DNA of 7,513 nucleotides from a virus (Duplodnaviria; Heunggongvirae; Uroviricota; Caudoviricetes), in the IMG/VR virus record IMGVR_UViG_2698536348_000008, positions 1 through 7,513 of that record. The stretch is one strand, 5' to 3'. Below are positions 6,840-7,513 of this stretch, piece by piece. Positions within the stretch are counted from its first letter, which is position 1. Each line of letters begins with the position of its first letter. The position numbers and the translations under genes were made by a program. Under the pieces are notes generated by a model, which was not told where the DNA came from, made no database searches, and saw nothing but the letters and a program-made list of their open reading frames with translations.

Positions 6840-7513
6840 ATGCTTAATACTGTAAAAATATCCAGTTGTGAGTTAATCAACGCCGACTGCCTGGAATTTA
6901 TCCGGTCGTTACCCGAAAATTCTGTTGACCTGATAGTCACGGACCCGCCGTACTTTAAAGTGAAGCCTGAGGGCTGGGATAACCAGTGGAAGGGCGACGA
7001 TGATTACCTGAAGTGGCTGGACCAGTGTCTGGCGCAGTTCTGGCGGGTGCTGAAACCTGCCGGAAGTCTTTACCTGTTCTGTGGTCATCGCCTGGCATCT
7101 GATATCGAAATCATGATGCGTGAACGCTTCAGTGTGCTGAACCATATTATCTGGGCGAAGCCGTCCGGACGCTGGAACGGATGCAACAAGGAAAGCCTGC
7201 GGGCGTATTTCCCCGCCACAGAGCGCATTCTGTTCGCGGAACATTATCAGGGGCCGTATCGTCCGAAAGATGCCGGGTATGAGGCGAAGGGCAGGGCACT
7301 GAAACAGCATGTGATGGCCCCGCTGATTGCTTACTTTCGTGATGCGCGCGCTGCCCTGGGGATAACGGCAAAACAGATTGCAGATGCCACAGGAAAGAAA
7401 AACATGGTGCCGCACTGGTTCAGTGCCAGTCAGTGGCAGCTACCGAACGAAAGCGATTATCTGAAATTACAGTCGCTGTTTGCCCGGGTGGCAGAAGAGA
7501 AACATCAGCGCGG
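6840..7513 (+). CDS. DNA methyltransferase (N6-adenine/N4-cytosine type, DPPY motif), 5' portion; continues past the window end
   Basis: Not in the ORF track (no stop in window). From ATG 6840 I translated 224 codons without a stop: MLNTVKISSCELINADCLEFIRSLPENSVDLIVTDPPYFKVKPEGWDNQWKGDDDYLKWLDQCLAQFWRVLKPAGSLYLFCGH... The TDPPY motif near the N-terminus and overall pattern resemble YhdJ/phage-type MTases. The minus-strand ORF 6909-7415 overlaps it and is rejected. Confidence 0.8.
   Translation, partial: MLNTVKISSCELINADCLEFIRSLPENSVDLIVTDPPYFKVKPEGWDNQWKGDDDYLKWLDQCLAQFWRVLKPAGSLYLFCGHRLASDIEIMMRERFSVLNHIIWAKPSGRWNGCNKESLRAYFPATERILFAEHYQGPYRPKDAGYEAKGRALKQHVMAPLIAYFRDARAALGITAKQIADATGKKNMVPHWFSASQWQLPNESDYLKLQSLFARVAEEKHQR

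Noticed and set aside
6216-6840. tRNA genes downstream of Q (as in Stx phages)
   Set aside because: No cloverleaf-compatible sequence or GTTCGAATC-type T-loop seen by eye in the intergenic stretches; not verified with a tRNA scanner.
6665-6847. 60-aa + strand ORF
   Set aside because: Spans a terminator, the Chi-bearing inverted repeat and the palindrome; the region looks like structured non-coding leader and no RBS was seen.
6848-6867. Second SOS-box-like sequence ACTGTAAAAATATCCAG at the start of the MTase ORF
   Set aside because: The second half-site is CCAG rather than the conserved ACAG, and it lies within coding sequence; too weak to call.
6909-7415. 168-aa minus-strand ORF
   Set aside because: Antisense to the + strand methyltransferase ORF (open from 6840 to the window end with a TDPPY motif). 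The track favoured it only because the real gene has no stop in the window.

Overview
This window reads as an enterobacterial (E. coli-like) lambdoid prophage segment covering the ninR-to-Q region and the accessory locus downstream of Q, with every supported gene on the + strand. In order: the 3' end of a replication gene with a DnaT-like C-terminus (1-496), a phage Dam-family N6-adenine methyltransferase (591-1244), a LexA N-terminal DNA-binding-domain-only protein (1241-1567), RusA Holliday-junction resolvase (1564-1959), a KilA-N/Roi-like protein (2122-2937), a DUF968-like protein with an HNH-like Cys/His cluster (2939-3934) and a QuuD-like antiterminator Q (3952-4323). Downstream of Q lies a visibly AT-rich cargo locus whose single ORF is split by a complete IS5 (4637-5831, 1195 bp, TTAG target duplication on both sides). 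Removing IS5 plus one duplication copy in silico rejoins the flanks in frame into a ~205-aa protein I cannot assign to any family; this is the best candidate for an undescribed accessory or defence gene, inactivated in this copy. After it come two intrinsic terminators, a small HTH-like ORF, a 12-bp perfect inverted repeat carrying Chi on both strands, and the 5' part of a second DNA methyltransferase (6840 to the window end, missed by the ORF track because it has no stop). Other signals are an SOS-box-like CTGT-N8-ACAG site upstream of the KilA-N gene, and nine Chi octamers against roughly 0.2 expected. All family assignments are from reading the translations and from memory; no database search was run.
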